NCBI GenBank assembly: GCA_030390025.1
Contig: CM059431.1
Location: 136,278,001-136,342,000 of the forward strand
Length of the DNA stretch: 64,000 bases
Source of the DNA: Squalus acanthias
Lineage: Eukaryota
Direction: 5' to 3'
Shown here: one piece after another, positions 35,030 through 48,500 of the stretch
Layout of the letters: the number at the start of each line of letters is the position of its first letter
How positions within the stretch are numbered: position 1 is the stretch's first letter
Made by a program: the position numbers and the translations under genes
The notes under the pieces: generated by a model
The model's database searches: none
What the model saw: only the letters and a program-made list of their open reading frames with translations
Told to the model about the DNA's origin: nothing

Positions 35030-38000
35030 CTCCTGTAGTGGTCTGTGCTGATTCTACTCCTGTAGTGCTCTGGGATAATCCCACTCCCGTAGTTGTCTGT
35101 GATGATTCTAGTCCCGTAGTGGTCTGTGATGATTCTACTCCTGTAGTGGTCTGTGATGATTCTACTCCTGTAGTGGTCTGTGATTATTCTGCTCCTGTTG
35201 TGGTCTGTGATGATTCTACTCCTGTAGTGGTCTGTGGTGATCCCACTTCTGTAGTGGTCTCTGATGATTCTACTCCTGTAGTGGTCTGTGATGATTCTAC
35301 TCCTGTAGTGGTCTGTGGTGATCCCACTTCTGTAGTGGTCTCTGATGATTCTACTCCTGTAGTGGTCTGTGATGATTCTACTCCTGTAGTGGTCTGTGGT
35401 GATCCCACTTCTGTAGTGGTCTCTGATGATTCTACTCCTGTAGTGGTCTGTGATGATTCTACCCCTGTAGTGGTCTGTGGTGATCCCACTTCTGTAGTGG
35501 TCTCTGATGATTCTACTCCTGTAGTGGTCTGTGATGATTCTACTCCTGTAGTGGTCTGTGATTATTCTACTCCTGTTGTGGTCTGTGATGATTCTACTCC
35601 TGTAGTGGTGTGTGATGATTCTACTCCTGTAGTGGGCTATGATGATTCTACTGCTGTATTGGTCTGTGATGATTCTACTCCTGTAGTGGTTTGTGATGAT
35701 TCTGCTCCTGTATTGGTCTGTGGTGATCCCACTTCTGTCGTGGTCTCTGATGATTCTACTCCTGTAGTGGTCTGTGATGATTCTACTCCTGTAGTGGTCT
35801 GTGATGATTCTACTCCTGTAGTGGTCTGTGATTATTCTACTCCTGTTGTGGTCTGTGATGATTCTACTCCTGTAGTGGGCTATGATGATTCTACTGCTGT
35901 ATTGGTCTGTGATGACTCTACTCCTGTAGTGGTCTGTGATGATTCTACACCTGTAGTGGTCTGTGATGATTCTACTCCTGTAGTTGTCTTTGATGATCCT
36001 ATTCCTGTAGTGTTCTGTGATGATTCTACTCCTGTAGTGGTCTGTGTTGATCCTATGCCTGTAGTGGTCTGTGATGATTCTACTACTGTAGTGGTCTGTG
36101 ATGATCCTACTGCTGTAGTGGTCTCTGATGATTCTACTCCTGTAGCGGTCTGTGCTGATTCTACTCCTGTGGAGGTCTGTGATGATTCTACTCCTGTAGT
36201 ATTCTGTGATGATCCTACTCCTGTAGTGGTCTGTGATGATTCTACTCCTGTAGTGGTCTGTGATGATTCTAATCCTGTAGTGGTCTGTGATGATTCTATT
36301 CCTGTAGTGGTCTGTGATGATTCTACTACTGTCGTGGTCTGTGATGATTCTACACCTGTAGTGATCTGTGATGATTCTACTCCTGAAGTGGTCTGTGATT
36401 ATTCTACTACTGTTGTGGTCTGTGATGATTCTACTCCTGTAGTGGTGTGTGATGATTCTACTCCTGTAGTGGGCTGTGATGATTCTCCTGCTGTATTGGT
36501 ATGTGATGATTCTACTCCTGTAGTGGTTTGTGATGATTCTACTGCTGTAGTGGTCTGTGGTGATCCCACTTCTGTAGTGGTCTGTGATGATTCTACTCCT
36601 GTAGTGGTCTGTGATGATTCTACCCCTGCAGTGGTCTGTGATGATTCTACTCCTGTAGTTGTCTTTGATAATCCTATTCCTGTAGTGGTCTGTGATGATT
36701 CTACTCCTGTCGTGGTCTGTGTTGATCCTATGCCTGTAGTGGTCTGTGATGATTCTACTACTGTAGTGGTCTGTGATGTTTCTACTCCTGTACTGGTCTG
36801 TGATGATTCTACTCCGGTAGTGGTCTGTGATGATTCTACTCCTGTAGTGGTCTGTGATGATCCTACTCCTGTAGTGGTCTCTGATAATTCTACTCCTGTA
36901 GTGGTCTGTGATGATCCTACTCCTGTAGTGGTCTGTGATGATTCTACTCCTGTAGTTGTCTGTGATGATTCTACTCCTGTCGTGGTCTGTGATGATTCTA
37001 TTCCTGCAGTGGTCTGTGATGATTCTACTGCTGTAGTGGTCTGTGATGATTCTACACCTGTAGTGGTCTGTGATGATTCTACTACTGTAGTGGTCTGTGA
37101 TGATCCTACTCCTGTAGTGGTCTGTGATGATTCTACTCCTGTAGTGATCTGTGATGATTCTACTCCTGTAGTGGTCTGTGATGATTCTACACCTGTAGTG
37201 GTCTGTGATGATTCTACTCCTGTAGTGGTCTGTGATGCTCCTACTCCTGTAGTTGTCTGTGATGACTTTACTCCTGTAGTGGTCTGTGATGATCCTACTC
37301 CTGTAGTGGTCTGTGATGATTCCACTCCTGTAGTGATCTATAATGATTCTACTCCTGTAGTGGTCTGTCATGATTCTACTCCTGTAGTGGTCTGTGATGA
37401 TCCTACTCCTGTAGTGGTCTGTGATGATTCTACTCCTGTAGTGGTCTGTGATGATTCTACTCCTGTAGTGGTCTGTGATGATTCTCCTGTAGTGGTCTGT
37501 GATGATCCTACTCCTGTAGTGGTCTGTGATGATTCTACTCCTGTATTGGTCTGTGATGATTCTACTCCTCTAGTGGTCTGTGATGATTCTACTCCTGTAG
37601 TGGTCTGTGATGATTCTACTCCTGTAGTGGTCTGTGATTATTCTACTCCTGTTGTGGTCTGTGATGATTCTACTCCTGTAGTGGGCTATGATGATTCTAC
37701 TGCTGTATTGGTCTGTGATGATTCTACTCCTCTAGTGGTCTGTGATGATTCTACTCCTGTAGTGGTCTGTGATGATTCTACTCCTGTAGTGGTCTGTGAT
37801 TATTCTACTCCTGTTGTGGTCTGTGATGATTCTACTCCTGTAGTGGGCTATGATGATTCTACTGCTGTATTGGTCTGTGATGACTCTACTCCTGTAGTGG
37901 TCTGTGATGATTCTACACCTGTAGTGGTCTGTGATGATTCTACTCCTGTAGTTGTCTTTGATGATCCTATTCCTGTAGTGTTCTGTGATGATTCTACTCC

Positions 38001-39734
38001 TGTAGTGGTCTGTGTTGATCCTATGCCTGTAGTGGTCTGTGATGATTCTACTACTGTAGTGGTCTGTGATGTTTCTACTCCTGTAGTGGTCTGTGATGAT
38101 TCATCTCCGCGAGTGGTCTGTGATGATTCTACTCCTGTAGTGGTCTGTGATGATCCTACTGCTGTAGTGGTCTCTGATGATTCTACTCCTGTAGCGGTCT
38201 GTGCTGATTCTACTCCTGTGGAGGTCTGTGATGATTCTACTCCTGTAGTATTCTGTGATGATCCTACTCCTGTAGTGGTCTGTGATGATTCTACTCCTGT
38301 AGTGGTCTGTGATGATTCTAATCCTGTAGTGGTCTGTGATGATTCTATTCCTGTAGTGGTCTGTGATGATTCTACTACTGTCGTGGTCTGTGATGATTCT
38401 ACACCTGTAGTGATCTGTGATGATTCTACTCCTGAAGTGGTCTGTGATTATTCTACTACTGTTGTGGTCTGTGATGATTCTACTCCTGTAGTGGTGTGTG
38501 ATGATTCTACTCCTGTAGTGGGCTGTGATGATTCTCCTGCTGTATTGGTATGTGATGATTCTACTCCTGTAGTGGTTTGTGATGATTCTACTGCTGTAGT
38601 GGTCTGTGGTGATCCCACTTCTGTAGTGGTCTGTGATGATTCTACTCCTGTAGTGGTCTGTGATGATTCTACACCTGCAGTGGTCTGTGATGATTCTACT
38701 CCTGTAGTTGTCTTTGATAATCCTATTCCTGTAGTGGTCTGTGATGATTCTACTCCTGTCGTGGTCTGTGTTGATCCTATGCCTGTAGTGGTCTGTGATG
38801 ATTCTACTACTGTAGTGGTCTGTGATGTTTCTACTCCTGTACTGGTCTGTGATGATTCTACTCCGGTAGTGGTCTGTGATGATTCTACTCCTGTAGTGGT
38901 CTGTGATGATCCTACTCCTGTAGTGGTCTCTGATAATTCTACTCCTGTAGTGGTCTGTGATGATCCTACTCCTGTAGTGGTCTGTGATGATTCTACTCCT
39001 GTAGTTGTCTGTGATGATTCTACTCCTGTCGTGGTCTGTGATGATTCTATTCCTGCAGTGGTCTGTGATGATTCTACTGCTGTAGTGGTCTGTGATGATT
39101 CTACACCTGTAGTGGTCTGTGATGATTCTACTACTGTAGTGGTCTGTGATGATCCTACTCCTGTAGTGGTCTGTGATGATTCTACTCCTGTAGTGATCTG
39201 TGATGATTCTACTCCTGTAGTGGTCTGTGATGATTCTACACCTGTAGTGGTCTGTGATGATTCTACTCCTGTAGTGGTCTGTGATGCTCCTACTCCTGTA
39301 GTTGTCTGTGATGACTTTACTCCTGTAGTGGTCTGTGATGATCCTACTCCTGTAGTGGTCTGTGATGATTCCACTCCTGTAGTGATCTATAATGATTCTA
39401 CTCCTGTAGTGGTCTGTCATGATTCTACTCCTGTAGTGGTCTGTGATGATCCTACTCCTGTAGTGGTCTGTGATGATTCTACTCCTGTAGTGGTCTGTGA
39501 TGATTCTACTCCTGTAGTGGTCTGTGATGATTCTCCTGTAGTGGTCTGTGATGATCCTACTCCTGTAGTGGTCTGTGATGATTCTACTCCTGTATTGGTC
39601 TGTGATGATTCTACTCCTCTAGTGGTCTGTGATGTTTCTACTCCTGTAGTGGTCTATGATGATCCTACTCCTGTAGTGGTCTGTGCTGTTTCTACTCCTG
39701 TAGTGGTCTGGGATGATCCTATTCCTGTAGTGGT
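35026..39734 (+). repeat. Satellite B block 2, containing a 2049-bp tandem duplication
   Basis: 27-mers. Identical ORF translations at 36399-37325 and 38448-39374. Confidence 0.98.
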
Positions 39735-41522
39735 ACATAGATACATAGATACACAGAAGATAGGAGCAGGAGTAGGCCATCCGGCCCTTCGAGCCTGCTC
39801 CGCCATTTAATGAGATCATGGCTGATCCTCCAATTCAGTATCCCGTCCCCGCCTTCTCTCCGTAACCCTTAACCCCTTTTGCCTGTAGAAATATATCTAA
39901 TTCCCTCTTAAATATATTTAATGAGCTGGCCTACACTGCCCTCTGTGGCAATGAGTTCCACAGGTTCACCACCCTCTGAGTGAAGAAATTCCCCCTCATT
40001 TCTGTCCTAAATGGTTTAGCCCTTATCCTTAAATTATGTCCTCCAGTTCTGTTCTCACCCGCCAAGGGAAACATTCCTTCTGCATCTAGTCTGTCTAGAC
40101 CTGTCAGAATTTTATACACTTCTATGAGGTCCCCTCTCAATCTTCTAAACTCCAGTGTGTACATCCCTAAACTACATAGTCTCTCCTCATAGGTCAATCC
40201 CGCCATTCCTGGTATCAGCCTGGTGAATCGGCGCTGCACCCCCTCCATGGCAAGAACATCTTTCCTCAGATGAGGCGACCAAAACTGTACACAGTACTCG
40301 AGGTGTGGTCTCACCAGTGCCCTGTACAGCTGCAGCAAGGTATCCCTGTTCCTGTATTCCAACCCTTTTGCTCTGAAGGCCAGCATACCGTTTGCCTTCT
40401 TGACCGCCTGTTGCACCTGCATGCTCGCCTTCAGTGACTGGTGTACAAGAACACCCAGGTCTCTCTGTACTTCCCCCTCTCCCAATTTATTGCCATTTAA
40501 ATAATAATTTGCCCTCCCGTTCCTGCACCCAAGGTGGATAACTTCGCACTTGTCCACATTATAGTGCATCTGCCATTTATCCGCCCAATCACCCAGTCTG
40601 TCCAAATCGCTCTGGGGCTTCCTGGTCTCCTCCTCTGAGCCCACCCCCCCTCCTAGTTTAGTGTCGTCTGCAAATTTGGAAATGCTGCATCCGACTCCCT
40701 GATCCAGGTCATTAATGTAAATTGTGAACAGCTGGGGACCCAGGACAGATCCCTGTGGTACCCCACTTGTTACTGCCTGCCATTCAGAAAATGAGCCGTT
40801 TATTTCAACTCTCTGTTTTCTATCTGACAGCCAGCTCTCTATCCACGTCAATACTTTCCCCTTTATCCCATGAGCTTCAATTTTCCATGCTAATCTTTTA
40901 TATGGGACCTTGTCGAAGGCCTTTTGGAAGTCCAGGTACACCACATCTACTGGCTCTCCCCCATCTATTTTACCAGTTACTCCCTCAAAAAATTCCAATA
41001 GATTAGTCAAGCACGATTTACCCTTTGTAAATCCATGTTGACTCTGTCCTATCCTGTCCCCATTTGCTAAGTGCTCCGCTATTTCATCCTTAATGATGGA
41101 CTCCAGCATTTTGCCCACAACTGATGTAAGGCTTACAGGTCTGTAATTACCTGCTTTTTCCCTACCCCCCTTTTTGAATAGTGGGGTAACGTTAGCTACC
41201 CTCCAATCCATGGGCACTGTTCCCGAGTCTAATGAATTCTGAAAAATCATACTTAGTGCATCCGCTATCTCTAGGGCCACCTCCTTCAGTACCCTAGGAT
41301 GCATGTTATCAGGCCCTGGGGATTTGTCCGCCTTCAATCCCTTTAGCTTCCTTAACACCATATCCTTAGAGATATTGACTTGCGTCAGTTCCTCCTTTGC
41401 AAATGTCCCTATTTTTCCCGATATCCCAGGGAGGTTTTTTGTGTCTTCCTTCGTAAAGACTGACCCAAAGTATGCATTTAGTTGGTCTGCCATTTCCTTA
41501 TTTCCCGTTATATATACCCCCG
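39735..41522 (-). mobile_element. CR1 subfamily A, 3' half (RT, 3'UTR, tail) of the composite insertion 39735-45586
   Basis: ORF 39931-41493 is near-identical to 33203-34924 but has a premature stop after QRAV. The tail appears as ACATAGATACATAGAT at 39735. Confidence 0.97.
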
Positions 41523-43577
41523 AGTAGAATCATCACAGACCACTACAGGAGTAGAATCCTCACAGATCACTACAGGAGTAGAATCATCACAGACCACTAC
41601 AGGAGTAGAATCATCACAGACCACTGCAGGAGTAGAATCATCACAGACCACTACAGGAGTAGAATAATCACAGACCACGACAGGAGTAGGATCATCACAA
41701 ACCACGACAGGAGTAGAATCATTACAGACCACTACAGGAGTAGAATCATCACAGACCACTACAGGAGTAGAATCATCACAGACCACTACAGGAGTAGAAT
41801 CATCACAGACCACTACAGGAGCAGAATCATCACAGACCACTACAGGAGTAGAATCATCACAGACCACTACAGGAGTAGAATCATCACAGACCACTACAGG
41901 AGTAGAATCATCACAGACAACTACAGGCGTAGGATCATCAGAGACCACGACAGGAGTAGGATCATCACAGACCACTGCAGGAGTAGAATCATCACAGACC
42001 ACTACAGGAGTAGAATCATCACAGACCACTACAGGAGTAGAATCATCACAGACCACTACAGGAGTAGAATCATCACAGACCACTACAGGAGTAGGATCAT
42101 CACAGACCACTACAGGAGTAGAATCATCACAGACCACTACAGGAGTAGAATCATCATAGACCACTACAGGAGGAGGATCATCACAGACCACTACAGGAGT
42201 AGAATCATCACAGTCGACTAAAGGAGTAGAACCATCACAGACCACTACAGGAGTAGAATCATCACAGACCACTACAGGAGTAGAATCATCACAGACCACT
42301 ACAGGAGTAGAATCATTACAGACCACTACAGGAGTAGAAACATCACAGACCACAACAGATGTAGAATCATCACAGACCACTACAGGAGTCGAATCATCAC
42401 AGACCACTACAGGAGTAGAATCATCACAGACCACTACAGGAGTAGAATCATCAGAGACCACGACAGGAGTAGAATCATCACAGACCACTCCAGGAGTATA
42501 ATCATCACAGACCACTACAGGAGTAGAATCATCACAGACTACTACAGGAGTAGAATCATCACAGATCAGTACAGTAATAGAATCATCACAGATCACTACA
42601 CGAGTAGAATCATCACAGACCACTACAAGAGTAGAATCATCACAGACTACTGCAGGAGTAGAATCATCACAGATCAGTACAGTAGTAGAATCATCACAGA
42701 CCACTACAGGAATAGAATCATCACAGACCACTACAGGAGTAGAATCATCACAGACCACTACAGGAGTAGAATCATCACAGACAACTACAGGAGTAGAATC
42801 ATCAGTGACCACTACAGGAATAGAATCATCACAGACCACTACAGGAGTAGAATCATCACAGACCACTACAGGAGTAGAATCATCACAGACCACTACAGGA
42901 GTAGGATCATCACAGACCACTACAGGAGTAGAATCATCACAGACGACTACAGGAGTAGAATCATCACAGACCACAACAGGAGTAGGATCATCACAGACCA
43001 CTACAGGAGTAGAATCATCACAGACAACTACAGGAGTAGAATCATCACAGACCACTACAGGAATAGAATCATCACAGACCACTACAGGAGTAGAATCATC
43101 ACAGACCACTACAGGAGTAGAATCATCACAGACCACTACAGGAGTAGGATCATCACAGACCACTAAAGGAGTAGAATCATCACAGACCACTACAGGAGTA
43201 GAATCATCAGAGACCACAACAGGAGTAGGATCATCACAGACCACTACCGGAGTAGAGTCATCACAGACCTCTTCAGGAGTAGAAGCATCACAGACCACTA
43301 CAGGAATAGAATCATCACAGACCACTACAGGAGTACAATCATCACAGACCACTACAGGAGTAGAATCATCAAAGACCACTACAGGAGTAGGATCATCACA
43401 GAATACTACAGGAGTAGAATCATCACAGACCACTACAGGAGTAGAATCATCACAGACCACTACAGGAGTAGGATCATCACAGACCACTACAGCAGTGGAA
43501 TCATCACAGACCACTACAGGAGTAGAATCATCACAGACCACTACAGGAATAGAATCATCACAGACCACAACAGGAGT
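41522..43577 (-). repeat. Satellite B block in inverted orientation (about 76 monomers), internal to the minus-strand CR1
   Basis: Tandem GAGTAGAATCATCACAGACCACTACAG, the reverse complement of the 27-mer. Confidence 0.98.
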
Positions 43578-44480
43578 TGGATTTTATGCTGTCTCTAATT
43601 TCCCCTGTTATCCACGGTTGAGTCACCTTTTTAGATTTCCTTTTATGCCAGATTGGTATAAACAATTTTTGCAATTTTGTCATTTTATCTTTAAATGCTT
43701 GCCATTGTTTATCTACCTCCAGTCCTCCCAGGAACGTTGTCCAATCAGACCTACTCAGTTCCCGTCTAATGGCATCATAATTCCCCTTGTTTAAATTCAG
43801 GACCTTAGTCTCTGAGTCAATTTCTTCGCTCTCCATTTCGAGTGAGAAATCGACCATGTTATGATCGCTCTGACCCAGGGGTCCCCGTACAACAAGATTA
43901 CTAATTAGTCCCTTCTCATTGCACAGTACCCAGTCCAATATAGCCTGTTCCCGAGTTGATTCCTCGACATATTGATCCAGATAACCATCCCTTAAACACT
44001 CAAGGAATTCCTCCTCCTCATTAGTTTTACTGATTAGGCTAGTCCAATCTATATGTAAGTGAAAGTCACCTATGATGACAGCTGTGCTCTTATTGCACGC
44101 TTCTCTAATTTCCCTCGTGATGCCCTCCCCAACCTCTATTTTATTATTTGGAGGCCTATATACCACTCCTATTAATGTTTTTCGCCCCTCGCTATTTCTT
44201 AGCTCCACCCATATAGATTATGTTTTAACTGAGTTAATATCCTTCCTTTCAATTGCATTTATCCCCTCTTTTACCAGCAATGCTACCCCTCCTCCCTTTC
44301 TTTTTTGTCGATCCTTCCTAAATACTGAATACCCCTGTATGTTAAGCTCCCAGCCCTGCTCACCCTGCAACCATGTTTCCGTAATCCCAATTAGATCATA
44401 ATTATTAACCTCTATTTCCACAGCTAATTCATCTACCTTGTTCCTGATGCTTCTCGCATTAAGGTATTAAACCCTCAGGC
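43578..44480 (-). pseudogene. CR1 ORF2 apurinic-like endonuclease domain, disrupted
   Basis: In-frame stops near 44468 and at 44218-44220. Truncated by satellite at 43577. Confidence 0.88.
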
Positions 44481-44612
44481 TTTTTTTATGCTCACATTTT
44501 TTATGAATTAGTTTGGCCCTTTGTTTTTTGTTCCTCACCCTTTTACCATTTATTTCTGTCTGCCTTTCACTTTCCTCTATTTCACTACATAGGTTTCTAG
44601 CCCCCTGCCATA

Positions 44613-45560
44613 CTAATTTAAATGCTCCCGAACTGCTTTATCAAAAATTACCCCGAGAACATCAGTTCCATCTTTGCACAGGTGTAGACCGTCCCTTTTG
44701 TATAGGTCACACCTACCACAAAACTGGTTCCAATGCCTCAAAAATGTAAAACCCTCCCTCTTACACCACTGCTCAAGCCACGTATTTAGCCTAACTATCC
44801 TGTTCTCTGTACTCTTACTAGCACGTGGCACTGGTAGTAATCCAGAGATTATTACCTTCGAGGTCCTACTTTTTAGCTTGGCTCCTAACTCCCTAAATTC
44901 TACTTGTAGGACCTCTTCCCTTTTTTTAGCTACGTCGTTGGTACCAACATGTATCACGACAACTGGCTGTTCCCCCTCCCCCTCCAGAATGTTCTGCACC
45001 CGCGCCAAGACATCCTTGACCTTTGCACCAGGGAGGCAACATACCATCCTGGAGTCTCGGTCGCGAACACAGAAACCCCTATCTATTCCCCTTACAATCG
45101 AATCCCCTATTACTAAAGCCCTGCCACTCTTTTTCCCTCCCTTCTTTGCAACAGAGCCAGTCATGGTGCCATGAGCCTGGCTGCTGGTGCCTTCCCCCGA
45201 TGAGTCATCCCCCCCGACAACAGCACCTAAGGCGGTGAACCTGTTGCTAAGGGAGACAACCCCAGGGGATTTCTGCACTACCTTCCTGCCCTTGCTCTGC
45301 CTTTTGGTCACCCATGTACTATCTACGCTGGCCTTAACCTGCGGTGTGACCAACTCACTAAATGTGCTATCCACAACCCTCTCAGAATCGTGGATGCTCC
45401 AAAGTGAGTCCATCCACAGCTCAAGGGCCGTCATGCGGTCCCACATGAGCTGCAGCTGGACACACTTCCCGCACACATGGTTGTCAGGGACACAGGAAGC
45501 GTCCCTGATTTCCCACATGTTACAGGAGGAGCATGACACAGGTCCGAGCTCTACTGCCAT
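44613..45560 (-). CDS. CR1 ORF1p: N-terminal zinc finger/leucine zipper plus SGNH esterase domain (315 aa, open)
   Basis: CSSC...CGKC, and SGNH blocks VIGDSIVR, HVGTND and DGLHL. Confidence 0.9.
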   Translation of the reverse strand: MAVELGPVSCSSCNMWEIRDASCVPDNHVCGKCVQLQLMWDRMTALELWMDSLWSIHDSERVVDSTFSELVTPQVKASVDSTWVTKRQSKGRKVVQKSPGVVSLSNRFTALGAVVGGDDSSGEGTSSQAHGTMTGSVAKKGGKKSGRALVIGDSIVRGIDRGFCVRDRDSRMVCCLPGAKVKDVLARVQNILEGEGEQPVVVIHVGTNDVAKKREEVLQVEFRELGAKLKSRTSKVIISGLLPVPRASKSTENRIVRLNTWLEQWCKREGFTFLRHWNQFCGRCDLYKRDGLHLCKDGTDVLGVIFDKAVREHLN

Positions 45561-45586
45561 GACTTAACCCTTATATTACTTTTTAA

Positions 45587-48500
45587 TCTGTGATGGTTCT
45601 ACTCCTGTAGTGGTCTGTGATACTTCTACTCCTGTATTGGTCTGTGATGATCCTACTCCTGTAGTGGTCTGTGCTGATTCTACTCCTATAGTGCTCCGGG
45701 ATAAACCTACTTCTGTAGTCGTCTGTGATGATTCTACTCCTGTAGTGGTCTGTGATGATCCTACTCCTGTAGTGGTCTGTGATGATTCTACTCCTGTAGT
45801 GGTCTGTGATTATTCTACACCTGTAGTGGTCTGTGATGATTCTACTCCTGTAGTTGTCGTTGATGATCCTATTCCTGTAGTGCTCTGTGATGATTCTACT
45901 CCTGTTGTGGTCTGTGTTGATCCTATGCCTGTAGTGGTCTGTGATGATTCTACTCCTGTAGTGGTCTGAGATGTTTCTACTCCTGTAGTGGACTGTGATG
46001 ATTCTACTCCGGTAGTGGTCTGTGATGATTCTACACCTGTAGCGGTCTGTGATGATTCTACTCCTGTAGTGGTCTGTGAAGATTCTACTCCTGTAGTGGT
46101 CTGTGATGATTCTATTCCTGTAGTGGTCTGTGATGATTCTACTCCTGTAGTGGTCTGTGATGATTCTACACCTGTAGTGGTCTGTGATGATTCTTCTACT
46201 GTAGTGGTCTGTGATGATTCTACACCTGTAGTGGTCTGTGATGATTCTACTCCTGTAGTGGTCTGTGATGATTCTACTCCTGTAGTGGTCTGTGATGATT
46301 CTACACCTGTAGTGGTCTGTGATGATCCTACTCCTGTAGTTGTCTGTGATGACTTTACTCCTGTAGTGGTCTGTGATGATTCTACTCCTGTAGTGGTCTG
46401 TGATGATTCTACTCCTGTAGTGGTCTGTGATGATCCTACTCCTGTAGTGGTCTGTGATGATCGTATTCCTGTAGTGGTCTGTGATGATTCTACTCCTGTA
46501 GTGGTCTGTGATGATCCTACTCCTGTAGTGGTCTGTGATGATTCTACTCCTGTAGTGGTCTGTGATGATTCTACTCCTGTTGTGGTCTGTGTTCATCCTA
46601 TGCCTGTAGTGGTCTGTGATGATTCTACTCCTGTAGTGGCCTGTGATGTTTCTACTCCTGTAGTGGACTGTGATGATTCTACTCCGGTAGTGGTCTGTGA
46701 TGATTCTACACCTGTAGTGGTCTGTGATCATCCTACTCCTGTAGTGGTCTCTGATGATTCTACTCCTGTAGTGGTCTGTGATGATTCTACTCCTGTAGAG
46801 GTTTGTGATGATTCTACTCCTGTAGTGGTCTGTGATGATTCTACTCCTGTAGTATTCTGTGATGATCCTACTCCTGTAGTGGTCTGTGATGATTCTACTC
46901 CTGTAGTGGTCTGTGATGATTCTACTCCTGTAGTGGTCTGTGATGATTCTATTCCTGTAGTGGTCTGTGATGATTCTACACCAGTAGTGGTCTGTGATGA
47001 TTCTACTCCTGTAGTGGTCTGTGATGATTCTACACCTGTAGTGGTCTGTGATGATTCTACTCCTGTAGTTGTCTTTGATGATCCTATTCCTGTAGTGGTC
47101 TGTGCTGATTCTACTCCTGTTGTGGTCTGTGTTGATCCTATGCCTGTAGTGGCCTGTGATGATTATACTCCTGTAGTGGTCTGTGATTATTCTACTCCTG
47201 TAGTGGTGTGTGATGATTCTACTTCTGTAGTGGGCTGTGATGATTCTACTGCTGTATTGGTCTGTGATGATTCTACTCCTGTAGAGGTTTGTGATGATTC
47301 TACTCCTGTAGTGGTCTGTGGTGATCCCACTTCTGTAGTGGTCTGTGATGATTCTACTCCTGTAGTGGTCTGTGATGATTCTACACCTGTAGTGGTCTGT
47401 GATGATCCTACTCCTGTAGTTGTCTGTGATGACTTTACTCCTGTAGTGGTCTGTGATGATTCTACTCCTGTAGTGGTCTGTGATGATTCTACTCCTGTAG
47501 TGGTCTGTTATGATCCTACTCCTGTAGTGGTCTGTGATGATCCTACTCCTGTAGTGGTCTGTGATGATCGTACTCCTGTAGTGGTCTGTGATGATTCTAC
47601 TCCTGTAGTGGTCTGTGATGATCCTACTACTGTAGTGGTCTGTGATGATTCTACTCCTGTAGTGGTCTGTGATTATTCTGCTCCTGTTGTGGTCTGTGAT
47701 GATTCTACTCCTGTAGTGGTGTGTGATGATTCTACTCCTGTAGTGGTCTGTGATGATTCTACTCCTGTAGTTGTCTTTGATGATCCTATTCCTGTAGTGG
47801 TCTGTGATGATTCAACTCCTGTTGTGGTCTGTTTTGATCCTATGCCTGTAGTGGTCTGTGATGATTCTACTCCTGTAGTGGTCTGTGATGTTTCTACTCC
47901 TGTAGTGGACTGTGATGATTCTACTCCGGTAGTGGTCTGTGATGATTCTACACCTGTAGTGGTCTGTGATCATCCTACTCCTGTAGTGGTCTCTGATGAT
48001 TCTACTCCTGTAGTGGTCTGTGATTATTCTACACCTGTAGTGGTCTCTGATGATTCTACTCCTGTAGTGGTCTGTGATGATTCTACTCCTGTAGTGGTCT
48101 GTGATGATTCTATTCCTGTAGTGGTCTGTGATGATTCTACTCCTGTAGTGGTCTGTGATGATTCTACTCCTGTAGTGGTGTGTGATGATTCTATTCCTGT
48201 AGTGGTCTGTGATGATTCTACTCCTGTAGTGGTCTGTGATGATTCTACACCTGTAGTGGTCTGTGATGATTCTACTACTGTAGTGGTCTGTGATGATCCT
48301 ATGCCTGTAGTGGTCTGTGATGATTCTACTCCTGTAGTGGTCTGAGATGTTTCTACTCCTGTAGTGGACTGTGATGATTCTACTCCGGTAGTGGTCTGTG
48401 ATGATTCTACACCTGTAGCGGTCTGTGATGATTCTACTCCTGTAGTGGTCTGTGAAGATTCTACTCCTGTAGTGGTCTGTGATGATTCTACTCCGGTAGT

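Larger units (their letters stand above)
43578..45586 (-). mobile_element. CR1 5' half (short 5'UTR remnant, ORF1, ORF2 endonuclease region) of the composite insertion
   Basis: ORF1 45560-44613 followed by APE endonuclease motifs LNARS, GITETWL, GGGVAL, GVVYRPP, IIGDF, LDWVL and SDHN, ending at IRDSIKS. Confidence 0.96.

Noticed and set aside
41522..43577. Simple local inversion of the satellite array
   Set aside because: The flanking array is continuous in phase and variant order across 39735-45586, and the inverted block is bounded by co-linear halves of one CR1.
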